Assembly (NCBI GenBank): GCA_964016885.1
Contig: CAXHJY010000659.1
Location: 1 to 33,656 of the forward strand
Source of the DNA: Eledone cirrhosa
Lineage: Eukaryota
Reading direction: 5' to 3'
Length of the DNA stretch: 33,656 nt
Shown piece by piece: positions 32,376 through 33,656 of the stretch; within the stretch, counting starts at the first letter, position 1; each line of letters opens with the position of its first letter. Made by a program: the position numbers and the translations under genes. The notes below the pieces were generated by a model, which saw nothing but the letters and a program-made list of their open reading frames with translations, was not told where the DNA came from and ran no database searches.

Positions 32376-33566
32376 TTAATTGTAAGTTGTGATGTTGCTG
32401 TTCCACTCATATTTTCTATTTAATTTTGGTTTTAATTCTTTTATGCTTACTGCCTCTGTAATTTGCCTAAACATTGCGTCTTTCTTGTGTGTGGATTCTA
32501 TTTTTATTTCTATGCTCTCTAATTTACCCCTGTGTTCTATCTTAGCATGTTGGTAGAGCACAGATGATTCTTTACTATCTTGGAGGTCTCGCCAGTGTTC
32601 ATTTATTCGTTCCCCTATACTACGAGCTGTCTCACCTATGTACACTATATTTTTGTTTCTACATTGTCCCTCAGTACATCTTATGCTATATACTACATTT
32701 CTAGTTTTACAGTTAATATGGGGGCTTATTTTACAGGTTATACATTTCTTATCTATACATGAGGGTCTTTGGAACGGGTATGTCTTGCTAATAAGTGTTT
32801 TTACGGAGGTACCAGGTCTTTCTACTATCTTAATATTGAGATTATGTTTCTTTAGGGCCCTTCTAAATTTGTAGGCTAGTTCACCTCTAGGGGTTGTATT
32901 GATGAACATTACACTCTGGTATTTATTGCTATCATACCATGAGTTTATTCTATTGGCCTTGTTCTTAGTTCTTTCTATTCTATTCCAAAATTTGCTCCTA
33001 TACAAGGGGCAGGTCCCATTTATGTCATTATTTACCATTTTTTCCCATTTGGTTCTGGCTCCTTTATACACTCTGATTCTATCTCTCTGATTGTAGCCAG
33101 AGAACTGCATACGGTGGATGAAGTGTTGTATGTGTCTCTCTAGTTCTTCGGGGTTGCACATGCGGGACACATTTCTCATCACCCGTATCAAATCCGCAAT
33201 CAGTATGTTGATTTTGGTATGGTCCGAAATGGCCGAGTTTCGGTGGATCAGATGTTTGGAAGTCATGGGTTTGGCATAATGGGAATGGAGGATTTGTTTT
33301 TGGTTGTTAATAGTATCTAACCAGAGCTCTGTGTCTAGTACAGGTAATCGATGGTTGGGGTGTCTACTTGGGTAGTCTATAGTAACTCTAATGCTCTGGT
33401 GGATGGAGTTTGCTATTTGCTGGATGCTTTCCATTGTGTTTTTCTCAGGTTCCTGACTGTTCTTTAGTGGGGGTGTCTTAACTACGATGTTTATATCATC
33501 TACGTAGCGGGAGTACATTATCAGGGTTAATCTGTCTTCTAATTGTTCTTTAAGTTTTTGTTTAAG
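32376..33566 (-). CDS. PLE RT C-terminal half + GIY-YIG endonuclease
   Basis: RYVDD, LPVLD, YAKP, SGY, CIDKKCITC, NVVYSIRC...YIGETARSIGERINEH; the listed N-terminal MVRNGR comes from the inversion. Confidence 0.9.
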   Translation of the reverse strand, partial: LKQKLKEQLEDRLTLIMYSRYVDDINIVVKTPPLKNSQEPEKNTMESIQQIANSIHQSIRVTIDYPSRHPNHRLPVLDTELWLDTINNQKQILHSHYAKPMTSKHLIHRNSAISDHTKINILIADLIRVMRNVSRMCNPEELERHIQHFIHRMQFSGYNQRDRIRVYKGARTKWEKMVNNDINGTCPLYRSKFWNRIERTKNKANRINSWYDSNKYQSVMFINTTPRGELAYKFRRALKKHNLNIKIVERPGTSVKTLISKTYPFQRPSCIDKKCITCKISPHINCKTRNVVYSIRCTEGQCRNKNIVYIGETARSIGERINEHWRDLQDSKESSVLYQHAKIEHRGKLESIEIKIESTHKKDAMFRQITEAVSIKELKPKLNRKYEWNSNITTYN

Positions 33567-33656
33567 TCGGCCATTTCGGACCATACCAAAATCAACATAC
33601 TGATTGCGGATTTGATACGGGTGATGAGAAATGTGTCCCGCATGTGCAACCCCGAA

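Larger units (their letters stand above)
31823..33656 (-). mobile_element. Penelope-like element family A, longer copy, with 5' inversion
   Basis: 3' UTR 31823-32375 with hammerhead; 33567-33656 is the reverse complement of 33147-33236. Confidence 0.9.

Overview
Animal (eukaryotic) genomic DNA with no host gene. About 13 kb (roughly 38%) is interrupted (TA)n microsatellite; all Y/I-rich ORFs are artefacts of it. Almost everything else is retroelement inserted into the arrays: a PHD-containing RTE LINE with several 3' fragments, a tRNA-headed SINE sharing the RTE tail, a CR1-group LINE, two copies of a bipartite RTE-derived element, and four Penelope-like element (PLE) families with GIY-YIG endonuclease (RT preserved in three), inverted pseudo-LTRs and fold-back 5' junctions. 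The RTE/SINE ends with (GAT)n tails suggest an octopus/cephalopod host (inference). The main signal missing from the ORF track is 11 type I hammerhead ribozyme motifs of 8 sequence families, folded by hand, mostly with short palindromic stem III and several with long stem II. Two sit in non-coding partial-tandem units of 485 bp (25466-26259) and 483 bp (23262-23805) that look like retrozymes, i.e. candidate circular-RNA retroelements mobilised by PLEs into TA repeats. Clade names and ribozyme activity are inferred, not tested.
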